In this document: positions 56,156 to 56,751 of the stretch, piece by piece | How positions within the stretch are numbered: position 1 is the stretch's first letter | How the letters are laid out: each line of letters opens with the position of its first letter | From: Rhodanobacter sp. | Lineage (GTDB): Bacteria; Pseudomonadota; Gammaproteobacteria; Xanthomonadales; Rhodanobacteraceae | DNA: 56,751 bases | Direction of reading: 5' to 3' | NCBI GenBank assembly: GCA_044463365.1 | Contig: JBIQMK010000002.1 | Coordinates: 1 to 56,751 of the forward strand | Program-made: the position numbers and the translations under genes | The notes under the pieces: generated by a model | Told to the model about the DNA's origin: nothing | Databases searched by the model: none | Seen by the model: the letters and a program-made list of their open reading frames with translations, nothing else

Positions 56156-56751
56156 ATGGCACACGCGATGACCCTATCCACCGACCTTGGCGACAAGCTG
56201 CTGTTTGTGCGCCTGGTCGCCAGCGAGCAGCTCGGGCGGCTGTTCGACTATCGCGTGGACATGCTCTGCCAGGATGAGCACGTGGACCTGCGCAAGCTGC
56301 TGGGTACGCCGATGACGGCGACGCTGAAGACCGAGGACGGCTATACGCGTCACTTCAACGGCATCGTGCGCGACGCGGCGCAGACGGGATTCCAGACCAT
56401 CGAAAACGTGCGCTATGCCACCTACAGCGCCACGCTGGTACCCAAGCCCTGGTTGCTGACGCGCAAGGTGGATTGCCGCATCTACACCAAGATGAGCGTG
56501 CCCGAGATCATCAGCACGGTGCTGGGCGAGATCGGTTATGCGGACGTCAAGAAGAGCCTCAGCGGCAACTACCCCAAGCGCGATTATTGCGTGCAGTACC
56601 GCGAGGACTACTTCAGCTTCCTCAGCCGGCTGATGGAGCAGGAGGGCATCTACTACTACTTCACCCATGCCTCCGGCACGCACACCATGGTGCTGGCCGA
56701 TGCGCTGGGTGCGCACGCACGCACGCGCGGGATCGAGAAGATTCCGTATTT
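56156..56751 (+). CDS. vgrG: T6SS spike VgrG (TssI), 3'-truncated by window; absent from the ORF track
   Basis: Hand translation from ATG 56156 (RBS ggag): EQLGRLFDY..RHFNGIV..PWLL..DCRIY..RDYCVQYRE..RLMEQEGIYYYF. Confidence 0.95.
   Translation, partial: MAHAMTLSTDLGDKLLFVRLVASEQLGRLFDYRVDMLCQDEHVDLRKLLGTPMTATLKTEDGYTRHFNGIVRDAAQTGFQTIENVRYATYSATLVPKPWLLTRKVDCRIYTKMSVPEIISTVLGEIGYADVKKSLSGNYPKRDYCVQYREDYFSFLSRLMEQEGIYYYFTHASGTHTMVLADALGAHARTRGIEKIPY

Noticed and set aside
1-56751. tRNA/rRNA genes, IS elements, integrases, prophage or defence systems
   Set aside because: None recognised; the phage-like proteins present are T6SS components.

Overview
GC-rich bacterial chromosome segment; gene content and repeat families suggest Xanthomonadales (Rhodanobacteraceae/Dyella-like), which is inference. 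Three blocks. (1) 1-17991: an all-plus-strand glycan utilisation locus with two TonB-dependent receptors, two GH92, a multidomain GH76, an EEP-family phosphatase and two GH2. The set fits fungal/yeast alpha-mannan, phosphomannan or galactomannan, and a LacI-type palindrome GGTARCGTTACC occurs twice. (2) 18142-42895: housekeeping and envelope genes (trmO, a diguanylate cyclase, ArnT-like, YrbL-like, LTA-synthase-like, dps with an OxyR-type promoter, hrpA, two GTPase/DUF697-like paralogues flanking cytochrome b561-yceI, a propeller hybrid kinase, holC, pepA, lptFG) with four families of short repeats. Two repeats sit in-frame inside hrpA and a third supplies its stop codon. (3) 43289-end: a type VI secretion cluster (tssB, tssC, hcp, tagJ, tssE, tssF, tssG, tssH, PAAR, partial vgrG) carrying a signal-less PI-PLC-like gene with no adjacent immunity gene and a TPR-methyltransferase. 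No rRNA, tRNA, CRISPR, integrase or transposase was recognised. All calls come from motif recognition by eye; no searches were run.
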